Shown here piece by piece: positions 47,686-57,923 of a stretch of 64,000 bases of DNA. Where the stretch lies: IMG/VR virus record IMGVR_UViG_3300008107_000416; one strand, written 5' to 3'. Source of the stretch: an uncultured virus (IMG/VR IMGVR_UViG_3300008107_000416). Lineage: Duplodnaviria; Heunggongvirae; Uroviricota; Caudoviricetes. The position numbers and the translations under genes are program-made. Under the pieces are notes generated by a model. It had not been told where the DNA came from. It ran no database searches and was given only the letters and a program-made list of their open reading frames with translations. Positions within the stretch are counted from its first letter, which is position 1. Every line of letters begins with the position of its first letter.

Positions 47686-48026
47686 TATTCAACACCTTCT
47701 GGTTTAGGATACTTTGCCTTCACAGCAAGACACGCATCTATATATGCCTGCATTTGCTCTGTATCTCCCTTAACAATACCATCAAGATACTCTTTAAAGT
47801 CTGGGTATTCTCTAGCACGAAGTCTCTGATATTCTTTATTTTGATGTTCAACAGCGTATTCTGCTACTGCGGCATCAACTTCTTCTCTGGTTGGTTTTTT
47901 AACTCCACCTTCCCATACTGGTGGTTCACACCATTCTATGTCATCATAAGAATTTCCTCTTATAATCCACTTGGTTCCTGGTTTTATTTTTTCTATAACT
48001 CTAACTAAATCTACTTGATATTCCAT
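47685..48026 (-). CDS. XkdW-like tail fibre chaperone
   Basis: YQRLRAREYP...KAKYPKP. Confidence 0.75.
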   Translation of the reverse strand: MEYQVDLVRVIEKIKPGTKWIIRGNSYDDIEWCEPPVWEGGVKKPTREEVDAAVAEYAVEHQNKEYQRLRAREYPDFKEYLDGIVKGDTEQMQAYIDACLAVKAKYPKPEGVE

Positions 48027-48031
48027 AATTT

Positions 48032-48556
48032 TTATCCTGATATTTCTATAAGAGTCATACTTGAATAAGCTCTACCACCATTGTCAGTATTCTGTCTATT
48101 GAGGTAAACACTTCCAGCAGTACCCTGATAATAATAAAGAGAATAAGTAAGAGCAGAAGTTGAAGAAGGAGAATCTAAATATACAACAGGATAAGTTCCT
48201 ATTGAATAACTTTGAGCAATTCCAAAATCATCGTCAACAGTATTAAATGCTCCTTGATATGCTGATGCTCCACCTGAATAAGCATTATCTAAATCTGTCA
48301 TAAAATTTGAACCATTTCTCAATATTTTAAGACCACCGTTAAGATTAGATGAACCAAAAGCAAAATTAGCAAGAATTAAAACTTTACTACTTGCTGAACC
48401 TGGGGTAATACTAACACCACTCCAAAGAGTTCCAGTAGCACTAGCAGCAACCGTAGTTCTAGTTTCTCCTTGAACAACTTGTAAAATACTTCCAGTGCTA
48501 TTGAGTATAGGTTTCCCAGCAACTGTTTGAATTGCGTTAGTCTTAATGGTACTCAT
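48032..48556 (-). CDS. fibre tip domain protein
   Basis: GSILQVVQ, SITP..SKVL, DSPSSTSALTY, TLIEISG. Confidence 0.75.
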   Translation of the reverse strand: MSTIKTNAIQTVAGKPILNSTGSILQVVQGETRTTVAASATGTLWSGVSITPGSASSKVLILANFAFGSSNLNGGLKILRNGSNFMTDLDNAYSGGASAYQGAFNTVDDDFGIAQSYSIGTYPVVYLDSPSSTSALTYSLYYYQGTAGSVYLNRQNTDNGGRAYSSMTLIEISG

Positions 48557-48580
48557 ATCACTTCACATTTCCTCTATTTA

Positions 48581-50302
48581 TTATACCACAGTCCAGGTCG
48601 CACCCGAGTTAACCGTGACCGTGATGCCAGAATTGACCGTTATGGGGCCAATACTCATTTCATTATAAGATGTTGTGACCGTATAGTTTGATGCGATGGT
48701 CGTTGTGTTGCGGAAGAATGGAACAGTCTCAGCATTGAATCCATTATAAGCACTGATAGTTCCATTGGTTTGTAGATTACCTGTTGATGGATTAATCTGG
48801 AATGCTTGAGATGTGGTTCTGACACTTGCGGTTTGGTTTGATCCTGCTGCTGCTACAAAGACCGGATAGAATGTAGAGTTAGTTGTAACGGCAGTCGCAT
48901 TAATCGTTGTAGAAGGACCAGCAATACCCTGAATACCTTGAGTTCCAGTGGTTCCTTGTGCTCCTGTTGTACCTTGTGTACCAAATGAACCTTGAGTTCC
49001 TTGAGCACCAGTAGCACCTTGAGCACCGGTGATTCCTTGTGCTCCTGTTGTACCTTGAGATCCTAGAATACCTTGAATACCTTGAGTACCCTGGACACCC
49101 TGAGTTCCTTGTACACCTTGAGTTCCTAGAATACCCTGAATACCTTGGGTTCCTTGAATGCCTTGAGTTCCTTGGACACCTTGTATACCCTGGAGACCAA
49201 ATCCCTGTGTACCTTGTCTACCCTGAACACCCTGAGGACCAGCAGAAGCAAAAGTCGTAATATCAACAATCTCACCACCAAGAGCAGCAGTTCCAAGAAC
49301 CACTGCTGTTCCACTTGTCGCAGTGTATTCAGCAGGAGTCAGACGAACACCATTGACATAAACATCAATGTCAGTTCCATCAGCATAAGTCGCACTGAAT
49401 GAAGTCTGACCTGTTGTTGCGGTGTAGTTATATTCGGTTCTACTAAAGTTCGTACCCTGAAGACCTTGAATACCTTGTGTACCTTGAGTTCCCTGTACAC
49501 CCTGAATACCCAGAGTACCTTGAATGCCTTGGGTTCCAGTGGTTCCCTGAATACCTTGAATGCCTTGAGTTCCTTGAGTGCCTTGAATACCTTGAACACC
49601 TTGAATTCCTTGAGCACCTTGAGTACCCTGAACACCCTGAGTTCCTTGGACACCTTGAGTTCCTTGTGTTCCCTTGTCACCAGTTCTCGCAAAGGTAATA
49701 ATGACATCTTCATTGTTTGAGAATGAAGTTGCACTTGCCGTACTGATGCCACAAGGAACAAGAAAATATCCAGTCTTCTCAACACTTGTTCCAGTAATCG
49801 CAAACAGAGCAAAGTCTGCTGGGTTCGTTCTATTTGAGATCTTGAAGTGACCCTTAATCGTAGAGGTAGAGTCATCAATTGATCTTAGATAATCCTGAAT
49901 ATCAGTTCCAGCATCATCCTGATCATCAATATAAAGTTCAGAAGCACTGGATACTAGAGCATTATTGAGTTTGAGTCTTCCAAGTCCAGGATCACTGTCT
50001 GCTGTATTGGTATCAAAAGTGTAGTCAAATGTAGCACCACCAAAGTTTCCTTCAGTTCCTTGAACACCTTGAGTACCTTGGACACCTTGTCTACCTTGGA
50101 TTCCTTGGATTCCTTGAATACCTTGAATGCCTTGGGTTCCTTGAGTGCCCTGAACACCTTGGATTCCTTGGACTCCTTGAATACCTTGAGCACCTGGGTC
50201 TGGTATTCTGTTCCAGCTAGTTCCGTTCCATTGCCACCTTTTACCATTGGCGTTGTAAATCTGGTTGAGAGATGGACTAATTGGAAAGTCTAGTGCCGCC
50301 AT
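48581..50302 (-). CDS. collagen-like tail fibre
   Basis: three G-X-Q repeat blocks; N-terminus and an internal domain shared with 42297..43664; C-terminal [16 protein letters not shown]. Confidence 0.85.
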   Translation of the reverse strand: MAALDFPISPSLNQIYNANGKRWQWNGTSWNRIPDPGAQGIQGVQGIQGVQGTQGTQGIQGIQGIQGIQGRQGVQGTQGVQGTEGNFGGATFDYTFDTNTADSDPGLGRLKLNNALVSSASELYIDDQDDAGTDIQDYLRSIDDSTSTIKGHFKISNRTNPADFALFAITGTSVEKTGYFLVPCGISTASATSFSNNEDVIITFARTGDKGTQGTQGVQGTQGVQGTQGAQGIQGVQGIQGTQGTQGIQGIQGTTGTQGIQGTLGIQGVQGTQGTQGIQGLQGTNFSRTEYNYTATTGQTSFSATYADGTDIDVYVNGVRLTPAEYTATSGTAVVLGTAALGGEIVDITTFASAGPQGVQGRQGTQGFGLQGIQGVQGTQGIQGTQGIQGILGTQGVQGTQGVQGTQGIQGILGSQGTTGAQGITGAQGATGAQGTQGSFGTQGTTGAQGTTGTQGIQGIAGPSTTINATAVTTNSTFYPVFVAAAGSNQTASVRTTSQAFQINPSTGNLQTNGTISAYNGFNAETVPFFRNTTTIASNYTVTTSYNEMSIGPITVNSGITVTVNSGATWTVV

Positions 50303-50320
50303 TATCTATTTTTTAGTTAT

Positions 50321-50593
50321 TTATTCTGGTTTGGGTCCTAGTAATTCTTCATCCCAGATTGCTTTGAGTTCTGCTGTGATTTCATCAACGGTTGTTCCAG
50401 TGATCTCTGCTTCAGTAACAATATTAGTTACATCTCGGAGTGCTTGTTTCTGTGCTGCGATAGAAGCAGTATCTCCGCCAAGTTCTAGAGCACGAACAAA
50501 ATCCACATCTAGTTTTTCTAGAAGTGGTTTTCTGACTTGACGAATATGATCTTTTTGAATTTCTTTTGCCTTGTCTAGATTAACTTTAATCAT
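50321..50593 (-). CDS. tail fibre assembly-like protein
   Basis: R..R.PLLEKLD..F.RALE...KQALRD. Confidence 0.7.
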   Translation of the reverse strand: MIKVNLDKAKEIQKDHIRQVRKPLLEKLDVDFVRALELGGDTASIAAQKQALRDVTNIVTEAEITGTTVDEITAELKAIWDEELLGPKPE

Positions 50594-50853
50594 TTTCTAT
50601 ACTCCTGAACCCAATCTTCATAATCCACACCATAACCAGTAGGTTCTCCAAGTGCTTCTAGGTCAAGTTCCCAAGCATCAAAAAACGTATAATCATGGGA
50701 TATATCATCTTTGTTTACAACCCAAAATGGTTGACCTGTTGGCGTGTCTTTAAGTCCAATTTCTATAGCAGAATAAGTTTCCAACGCTTCTGGTGCTGGG
50801 TAACATATTGTTACTCCACCAGTATCATTTCCATGAATGATTAATTGGTCCAT
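50590..50853 (-). CDS. tail fibre assembly-like protein
   Basis: KDTPTG.PFWVV...FFDAWE. Confidence 0.65.
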   Translation of the reverse strand: MDQLIIHGNDTGGVTICYPAPEALETYSAIEIGLKDTPTGQPFWVVNKDDISHDYTFFDAWELDLEALGEPTGYGVDYEDWVQEYRK

Positions 50854-50873
50854 AATATTTTTAATTTTTTGAA

Positions 50874-50881
50874 TATTTATA
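50874..50881 (-). promoter_or_regulatory. T4-type late promoter
   Basis: TATAAATA upstream of 50853; related NATAAATA motifs precede many structural genes. Confidence 0.6.
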
Positions 50882-50888
50882 CTCCAAA

Positions 50889-51893
50889 TTAACGGAAGAT
50901 AGCTACAGACATCACCACACCATCTGCAGAAGTGCCAGAACCATAACGACCATGCCAAAATTGTGCAGAGGTAGTAGTATAATTGCCAACAGTTTCACCT
51001 CCCACTCCACATGCATATTCATATTGTCCAATAGCAATCAAAGCATAATTTGAATCTGCTAAAGCGGTGCTAAAATTTACAGTATATCTGCCAGTAGAAT
51101 TTCTTGATATGGAACTTGTATTATGAGAAGCACGAATACTACCATTTGAACCATTAAAATTTACCCAGACACGAGCACCATTACCAGAATTAACACCGCG
51201 CCAAGAACCGAAACCATTACTCTCATTAAATCTTACAGACAGATAAGGTTTAGATGAATTTCTATCAACAGCAAACATAGCACCATAAGATCCACTTCCC
51301 GTTGCTGGATATTCACTACCAAGTCCTATATACCAAGAATAAAACTGATTACCTTCATTTGATCCAACATCGCCTGGACCATTTCCACTACCTTGAACAA
51401 ATCTAAATCCAAAATCATATGAAGGAGTAGTGCCAAAAGAGGTTCTAGTGCTATGAACCCCACCCATATTATTGAACAAATTTACGGCACTAATACCGTT
51501 GAGCGTAGTAGCATCGGTAGTAGTTAGTCCACCAGCACCTTGAGTACCAGTAGTTCCCTGTGCTCCCGTCGTACCTTGAGAACCAGTAGCACCCTGAGTA
51601 CCTTGCGTTCCAGTTGCTCCTTGTGTTCCCGTTATACCCTGCCTACCCTGAACTCCCTGTACCCCTGTAGTACCCTGTGCCCCTGTGGTTCCTTGAACGC
51701 CACCAGTGCCTTGTACTCCCTGAATACCAGCAGTAGAACCTCCCCAAGTTCCATCAGATCTGATCGCCTGAACGGCACCAACAAACAGACCACCAGAAGT
51801 AATACGAACCGTCGTCGCAATACCTACTGTTTTATTTGTATTATCTACACTTACAAAACTTCCAAATTCAGAGAGTTCTCTATTATTAGCCAT
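50889..51893 (-). CDS. collagen-like tail fibre
   Basis: QGT/QGV repeats; C-terminal WVNFNG..IRASHN..TGRYTVNF. Confidence 0.85.
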   Translation of the reverse strand: MANNRELSEFGSFVSVDNTNKTVGIATTVRITSGGLFVGAVQAIRSDGTWGGSTAGIQGVQGTGGVQGTTGAQGTTGVQGVQGRQGITGTQGATGTQGTQGATGSQGTTGAQGTTGTQGAGGLTTTDATTLNGISAVNLFNNMGGVHSTRTSFGTTPSYDFGFRFVQGSGNGPGDVGSNEGNQFYSWYIGLGSEYPATGSGSYGAMFAVDRNSSKPYLSVRFNESNGFGSWRGVNSGNGARVWVNFNGSNGSIRASHNTSSISRNSTGRYTVNFSTALADSNYALIAIGQYEYACGVGGETVGNYTTTSAQFWHGRYGSGTSADGVVMSVAIFR

Positions 51894-51917
51894 CCGACAT
51901 CAAATAGTTTTAGTTAT

Positions 51918-52511
51918 TTATTCAGCATCAAAAAAGAACATATGAAACAGTCGTGAATCATACTTATCATAACCAAAATATTTAGAAGCAGTATGGGGAC
52001 ACTTGGCATCCCAAATCACCAAACGATTAAACACATTCGCAATCACATCAATATGATCCCAGGGTGTTGGGTCTAAGTGTTGCTTCTCCCAGATGACATC
52101 AGACCCTTCTGTATTCACATGACGAATACCAGTCTTCTTATGAGCAAGTAATGAAGTCCCACACTCATAAGGAGCATCAGGAGTTAGATAGACAGTCGCA
52201 GCCCAGGTCTGAGCATCGGCGTGATAGACCAGAGCGTCTTCACAAGTACAGTGTTGAAAGCGACCACACATCCCATGAGTTTCCATCCAATTCGAAACTT
52301 TCATCCCCATGATACTTTCAAATGCTTCTTTTGTTCCTGGTATTTCAAACTGATGTTCAGTTCTTCTACCACGATGATAGTCACTGAAATGAAACTCTTG
52401 ACTTAAAGCAAACTCCCGAACTGTCATTGGGTCTTGATAGAAATTATCAATGACCCATAGAGTTGGATTGGGTTGAGTATTAATCGTCTGGTTGTCTAAT
52501 GTGTATCTCAC
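51918..52511 (-). CDS. 2OG-Fe(II) oxygenase-like protein (DUF6445-like)
   Basis: VIDNFY.DP..VRE, HAD, VYLTPDAP..GT, FNRLV, RLF..FF. Confidence 0.75.
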   Translation of the reverse strand: MRYTLDNQTINTQPNPTLWVIDNFYQDPMTVREFALSQEFHFSDYHRGRRTEHQFEIPGTKEAFESIMGMKVSNWMETHGMCGRFQHCTCEDALVYHADAQTWAATVYLTPDAPYECGTSLLAHKKTGIRHVNTEGSDVIWEKQHLDPTPWDHIDVIANVFNRLVIWDAKCPHTASKYFGYDKYDSRLFHMFFFDAE

Positions 52512-54661
52512 GGTTCTACTGCGTTCTCACAAAGTTTACAAAGTTCAAAGCACTGATTGTTCTCAGGCACAATGTCCTCATAAGATTGCTCATAAAGATT
52601 TCCAAGAATATGTTTGAGACCATAGTCCATACAGCACAGAGACACATCACCATTTGGAAGCATCACATTATGATACATTTTTTCCAAACAACCACAGGTC
52701 ATTTGTTTTTCACCGTGATTGGCAATCTTCCATTCTGCTTTTCTTTCCAGCAGTTCTGGTTTCATAATCATCTCACCGACAAGATTACCTGCTCGTGACC
52801 ACATATCATAAACAGGAGCACTTGAAAACACATGGCGTACATCTTCATGAACAGTTCCCATACACATCGTTGTGAAGTTATGAATCTGATTTTGAATCTT
52901 ACCAAAGTGCTCAATGACTTCAATATAACGCTTGGTGATTGGGTGTTTTGCTTTCCGTTCTTGATCTGGAAGATGAAGTGTAAAGCAACCATTTGGATTT
53001 CCAGCAAATGGAATGTGCTTGATACGCTCAATGTCATCAATACTCATACCAATACCAGTGGTAAAGATTGAGATTGGATGCCCTTTTTCGTGAGCATAAA
53101 GAACCATATCAGTACAGTCCTTATTCAACCAAGGCTCAGTGAATCCAGCAAAGGTCACTCTAACCTCCTGTGGGAGTTTATCAACTGCTTTCTTGAAGTT
53201 GTCCAGCGTCATAAACCTTTCGCCCTTGTAGGACTTCTGAAGAGTCCTTTGTGGGCAGAAGACGCAATCAACCACACAACCATTCTGAGTATCAATGGAA
53301 GTCGTAAACTCCATTGTCGGAGCGATTGAGTTTCTCCAACGGTCCTTACCACTGAAACGATTGTCAATGTACAGATTGATTGTGGTGTAGTAATCCAGGA
53401 ACCATTCACCATTATCAGTCCCATACAAATGCTGCTTGATATTTACATAGTCGGCAGAATAAATCTCATAATTATTCAGTTGTTTTAGATAAGTCTCTCT
53501 GAAACGAAGGAACTTTGCTTGAAGTTCTGGTGTTCCCAAGTGAAACTCACCAGCAACCTTCTTCACATTGTTCTTAATCCATTGTAGGTTCTCATCATTG
53601 AAAATATCATACTCACCACCTTCACAGTCAGTCTTCAAGAAATCAATCTGAGTAATATTATTCTGCTCCACAAAGTCCTTGAACTTAACCGAAGGAATTG
53701 TCTGACGATTCTCATCTTCACAAGTTTCCAGTAGGTCTTCATTAAACAGACCAGCACTTTCAAACTCACCAGTCACAGGACCGATTGCCTGATTCACACA
53801 GACAACATTTTCACCTGATACATTACCCAGAAGAGTCTGATACAGTTCTGGATGTGGTTCAAAGCAATAAACCTTGCCTGGGTTTTGATCCTTGATAAAG
53901 TGAGTAAATGGACCAGCACTTGCTCCTACATCAAAAACAATATCTCCCTCTTCTACCTTGAAGAATTTCTGATAGACATTATCAATGAAAACTTCTTTCT
54001 CTACGGTCTTACGGAACCATTCATTCTCTGCGGCAATCCCCCAATCAAAATCTCTATGCTTCTTTGGCAGATAAACATTATGAAGACCCTTAGAAGTCTC
54101 AGAGAGTCTTTGTAGATTGTTCTCAACTGCCTGCTTATGAATCTCATCTAAGTCATAGTTCTCATAAAGATCTTCTAGAAGACTACGACTTTCGTGGCAT
54201 AGACCAACCCACCAAGAAGACACTGCTTTCTCAAACAGAATACCATAGAAACCAGGATACTCTACATTCAGAATCAGTGGTTCTGAATCTTGTTCTGATA
54301 CTTTTTCACCAATAGATGCGATCAAATAGGCATCGTGATAGTTCTCTTCTCTCTCATAGAAACGACTCAGAAGATAATAACCTTCTGGACGAGTCGGCAT
54401 AATCGCAAGAGCATGTTGAAATAGTCCCTTGACCGTTGTGTTCCTACAACCTTGCTTACTAAAACATAATCCAGCACGAAGAATACACTGATACTTAATC
54501 AGTTCTGACTGAGACCGTTCGGCAGTTCTCAGATAATAAGACACTGCAGAGGCAGACTGTTCAATGTTATCGTAGTAAGTTCCAAGATAGAAGTTGTTTT
54601 CTGGACTCTCTGGATCTTGAATAAACTTATGAAGTAAATTTTGTAGGTTATAATCAATCAT
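52508..54661 (-). CDS. TPR + FkbM methyltransferase + radical SAM/SPASM fusion
   Basis: TPR-like helices; DVGASAG/FEP/LKTDCEGGE; CVVDCVFC; PNGDVSLCCMD..LGN. Confidence 0.85.
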   Translation of the reverse strand: MIDYNLQNLLHKFIQDPESPENNFYLGTYYDNIEQSASAVSYYLRTAERSQSELIKYQCILRAGLCFSKQGCRNTTVKGLFQHALAIMPTRPEGYYLLSRFYEREENYHDAYLIASIGEKVSEQDSEPLILNVEYPGFYGILFEKAVSSWWVGLCHESRSLLEDLYENYDLDEIHKQAVENNLQRLSETSKGLHNVYLPKKHRDFDWGIAAENEWFRKTVEKEVFIDNVYQKFFKVEEGDIVFDVGASAGPFTHFIKDQNPGKVYCFEPHPELYQTLLGNVSGENVVCVNQAIGPVTGEFESAGLFNEDLLETCEDENRQTIPSVKFKDFVEQNNITQIDFLKTDCEGGEYDIFNDENLQWIKNNVKKVAGEFHLGTPELQAKFLRFRETYLKQLNNYEIYSADYVNIKQHLYGTDNGEWFLDYYTTINLYIDNRFSGKDRWRNSIAPTMEFTTSIDTQNGCVVDCVFCPQRTLQKSYKGERFMTLDNFKKAVDKLPQEVRVTFAGFTEPWLNKDCTDMVLYAHEKGHPISIFTTGIGMSIDDIERIKHIPFAGNPNGCFTLHLPDQERKAKHPITKRYIEVIEHFGKIQNQIHNFTTMCMGTVHEDVRHVFSSAPVYDMWSRAGNLVGEMIMKPELLERKAEWKIANHGEKQMTCGCLEKMYHNVMLPNGDVSLCCMDYGLKHILGNLYEQSYEDIVPENNQCFELCKLCENAVEP

Positions 54662-55628
54662 TCAGAAACTCCTCTAATACACTCTCATCAAATTTAAGCA
54701 AGTAAGCAGCATTATCTTGGAAACCAAAAGTCATCAACATACTACCATTATGTATTGCTAGTCCAACACAGAACTCTACATGACCACCCATAATGAAAAA
54801 CTTCTTGGACCATTTTTGAAGTCTGAAATTTTTATCCCAGAACAGGACTCGGTGATAGTAGACGGCATCTTTTCTACCTACTTCACTGTTAAACAAATCT
54901 ACTTCGTGAGTGATCGCAACATACCCATCCTTCCAGGGAATGACTTGTGATCCTCCTCTTGGATAGCCGTCTATTGGATTCTTCTTATCCGTGAAGATTT
55001 GTTCTGAGGTTCCAGTATTTGGATTGATCTTAACCAGTTCAGTCGGATTACTCCACTTAATATAATGATAGGGTTTATCCAGAATCGGCATCCAGTTCTT
55101 TTCACAATAAGAAGTCGGATCCAGTGGTGGTTGAATCCGCAACTGTGAAACTTGCTTGACAGTATTATTATCTACAACAATCTCACACAACTCCATCCGC
55201 CCAGTTCCGATGGTGTCTTCATCTCTTCGCACACCAGACAGATAAAGTTTTCCATTCCACCGAAAGAGACGAGCATCTTCTAGACCCACAAAGTCCCAGA
55301 GTTCTTTATCAGGAAATGCCGAAGTATCTATCTTACAATACCGTTCAATCTCATAGGCATCATTGAGTTCCAGATAATAGTTCCAGGTTCTCAGGTGAAT
55401 ATCATTCTCTGGGTGAACATAAGTCAGGGGGCCATAAGGATGCTGAAATAACTTCTCTTCCGAATGATAGAAAGTATAGTTAACCTGACGAAGATTAACC
55501 AGTACTTTTCCATTATCAATGAGAATGGATGGATTCATCAGTCCAAGTCCACCCGTGAACTTTGGATCAATAATCAAAGGGTGAATAGAACCACCCTTAT
55601 CAAAAGCAACTTGTGCGAATGTTTTCAT
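54654..55628 (-). CDS. five-bladed beta-propeller glycosidase-like protein
   Basis: MNPSI, GLEDARL, EKNWMP, RGGSQ, VEFCVGL. Confidence 0.7.
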   Translation of the reverse strand: MKTFAQVAFDKGGSIHPLIIDPKFTGGLGLMNPSILIDNGKVLVNLRQVNYTFYHSEEKLFQHPYGPLTYVHPENDIHLRTWNYYLELNDAYEIERYCKIDTSAFPDKELWDFVGLEDARLFRWNGKLYLSGVRRDEDTIGTGRMELCEIVVDNNTVKQVSQLRIQPPLDPTSYCEKNWMPILDKPYHYIKWSNPTELVKINPNTGTSEQIFTDKKNPIDGYPRGGSQVIPWKDGYVAITHEVDLFNSEVGRKDAVYYHRVLFWDKNFRLQKWSKKFFIMGGHVEFCVGLAIHNGSMLMTFGFQDNAAYLLKFDESVLEEFLND

Positions 55629-55762
55629 TTAACCTTATCCACCTGCGATCCCATAATCTGAGAGTCTTGTGCGATGGTGTCAAACTTTTGAAGATCTTTC
55701 TCTACAATCTCTACAATTTCAGTTGGCATATCAGTCATGTGCCAACAGGTTAAAAAAGCCAT
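55625..55762 (-). pseudogene. truncated copy of the PKHD hydroxylase at 39062..39679
   Basis: MAFLTCWHMTDMPTEIVEIVEKDLQKFDTIAQDSQIMGSQVDKVK then stop, abutting the next ATG. Confidence 0.85.
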
Positions 55763-55786
55763 AAATGAATAATATTCTTCAGTCTC

Positions 55787-55815
55787 ATTATATAGGATTG
55801 TGGCGAAGGTGTCAA
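55787..55815 (-). promoter_or_regulatory. consensus sigma70 promoter
   Basis: TTGACA-N17-TATAAT; leader resembles that at 39680-39732. Confidence 0.85.
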
Positions 55816-55869
55816 TCTCTAGTTCTTATAAGAACCCAAAACGCTGAGAGGGTGGTCAAGTGGGGGGGA

Positions 55870-56022
55870 TTAAAAGTAATAAGATGCCGTGACTGGTAGG
55901 TTTTCCTTTTCGTTTGTGACGACTGGTGTAAGATTCCAAGAAAAACTTGGATTTAACATAAAGTTCTTAATGTTCTCAAACTCTTCTTGTGAAAGAGCAT
56001 TGTCTATAATTTCATAAGTCAT
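55870..56022 (-). pseudogene. probable truncated 2OG-oxygenase-like gene (50 aa)
   Basis: MTYEIIDNALSQEEFENIKNFMLNPSFSW...YYF then stop. Confidence 0.55.
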
Positions 56023-56026
56023 AAAA

Positions 56027-56581
56027 TCATTCTAATGTATAAATCGCAAACATTCCACTTTTAGTAAATGCCTCTTGGATTTCTGCAAGTTCTTCTGCTG
56101 TAAATGTAATATTTTCTAGAATCTCAAGAAGAATCTCTTGGATTTTTGTAACATTTGCGTGTTTGTTTTTTGCATCACTCATCAGTGCAATGAACTCTGT
56201 TGCAAGAGTATTAGCAACAAGTGATTGACCTGCTGTTGTTTTGATTTTAGTATATGCACCAGTAGTAATCAAGTCATCCCAGAATCTTTGATATTGGACT
56301 CTGTTCTGCTTCTCGTACTTTGATAGTTCAGTTGCATCATACTCACGAGTTTCATTATTCCACTTATAATTATGAGTAAAGAAACCTGAAGTAGGAGGCA
56401 TCACAATAGGACCCTTCCAACCAAGTGCATTTAATTCTTCATCTGTAAGGTCAGGAAGGTCAGTTCTTATTTCTTCTCCAGGAGCAGGTCTCCACAAATC
56501 AGGGATTGTTTGTGGGTCATTTCCATTTGGAGGGCTGTATCTTCCTCTTGCTTCTGTTGCGGCAAGGTCTACGTAAGACAT
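56027..56581 (-). CDS. hypothetical protein
   Basis: 184-aa ORF; DLTDEELNALGW. Confidence 0.7.
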   Translation of the reverse strand: MSYVDLAATEARGRYSPPNGNDPQTIPDLWRPAPGEEIRTDLPDLTDEELNALGWKGPIVMPPTSGFFTHNYKWNNETREYDATELSKYEKQNRVQYQRFWDDLITTGAYTKIKTTAGQSLVANTLATEFIALMSDAKNKHANVTKIQEILLEILENITFTAEELAEIQEAFTKSGMFAIYTLE

Positions 56582-56605
56582 ATAATTTTTATGAGTTCCC
56601 TTTCT

Positions 56606-56968
56606 TTATTTATGTATCTTTACTTCCTGATAAAATGATTTATACTTCTCATTGATTTCTTTTTTGATACTTGCTCTTAAGTCATTAGTAATATAAACAC
56701 TTCTTGCAAGTTCTATAAAAGTTGTACCAAAGTCTTGTGACTTCTCAAGAACTCTTAAGTCATCTTCTATTTTCCAGAGTTTACGATTGATTGAGAGTAG
56801 TTGTGAAACATAAGGTGCATCATAGACTTGATGTTTCTTTGCGATTTCTATAAGGTCTTGGAGTTCTTTTGTTACATAAGAGTTGTCTGTGTATTGAGAC
56901 TTAATAGAAAGTATAGAAATTTTATCTAATAGTTCTCCTATAGAGATTGGTATTTTTATTTCAACCAT
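56606..56968 (-). CDS. DUF6165-like protein
   Basis: PISIGELLDKISIL.IK...LWKIED..FIELARSVYITND.R..IK..IN. Confidence 0.8.
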   Translation of the reverse strand: MVEIKIPISIGELLDKISILSIKSQYTDNSYVTKELQDLIEIAKKHQVYDAPYVSQLLSINRKLWKIEDDLRVLEKSQDFGTTFIELARSVYITNDLRASIKKEINEKYKSFYQEVKIHK

Positions 56969-57923
56969 AATTAATGTTCTTTGGTTTTTCTATAATGACT
57001 TGTGGTTTATTATCTCCTTCTATGTTTTTGATAATGTCTTGATATGCAGTTTCTATTTCTTTCTGTGTAAAATCAATTCGTGGTTCATTCAGTCGTGAAG
57101 ACATATGTGCATGAAAATCTGATATTCTCATAGAGTCTGGATAAAACTCAACATCTCTCTCAATAATATGAAATCCATCATAAGTCACATTGACCCGATG
57201 AGTTCCTGCAATCATCACTGATGCCTTCGTATTCAGTGCTTTACAGATGTGCTGACCGCAACTATCACATCCCACAAAGTAATCAGCAGCACCAATGATT
57301 GCAGCCCATTCTCTTAGGTTAGGGTCAGGGTCTGGTTTATAAGTTTTGAGATTATAAAACTCCTTTGCTCCCATAAAGATGAGGTTATAATCATTTGAGA
57401 GTTCTTTGATAAAGTAATCCAACATTGGTTTTGGAATAGACCTTAAACTATCATCAAATACCCCAGAAGAATGTGGAGTAGCAGTAGAACCATAAGGTTG
57501 TAATACAATAGTCTTTGATTTCTTATGTTGGGACTTTGCTTTTTCTATGATTTCATATGCTCTTCTTTTTTCCTGAAATGAAATATTCAGTTGCATTGGT
57601 GGTAAGTCACTATGATCTGTTGAGTTGTTGATACAGATATCAAATGCTTCTCTTAATGAAATCTCATTACGATAATATGCAGGAACACGATAAGGTTCTG
57701 GTGAGAGCACTTGGTCTGCTTTCCAATACAAATCAAAAGAACCTTGTGCATTAGGGTTAAAGGTTCTTTCCTGAAGTTCTGGAATACCCCAAGTAATAAA
57801 ATCCCATCCTGGAATCATTATATACCATTCTTCATCTGGATGATTATTATAATATTTAAGTAGTGCTGGTATTGCAGTGATGATTCTTCCAAATCCACCA
57901 TCTAATGATATGATTGTCGTCAT
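56961..57923 (-). CDS. GT9 (heptosyltransferase-like) glycosyltransferase
   Basis: GGFGR, VLQPYGS, ADYFVGCDSCGQH. Confidence 0.75.
   Translation of the reverse strand: MTTIISLDGGFGRIITAIPALLKYYNNHPDEEWYIMIPGWDFITWGIPELQERTFNPNAQGSFDLYWKADQVLSPEPYRVPAYYRNEISLREAFDICINNSTDHSDLPPMQLNISFQEKRRAYEIIEKAKSQHKKSKTIVLQPYGSTATPHSSGVFDDSLRSIPKPMLDYFIKELSNDYNLIFMGAKEFYNLKTYKPDPDPNLREWAAIIGAADYFVGCDSCGQHICKALNTKASVMIAGTHRVNVTYDGFHIIERDVEFYPDSMRISDFHAHMSSRLNEPRIDFTQKEIETAYQDIIKNIEGDNKPQVIIEKPKNINYG

Noticed and set aside
46010..48556. Invertible shufflon
   Set aside because: All cassettes are co-oriented complete genes; no inverted sites or recombinase seen.
42600..51730. 9-bp periodic repeats as a CRISPR array or satellite
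   Set aside because: They are coding G-X-Q collagen-like repeats with synonymous variation and no unique spacers.
55816..55870. GC-richer non-coding patch as a DGR template repeat
   Set aside because: No visible similarity to the candidate VR at 61975-62140.
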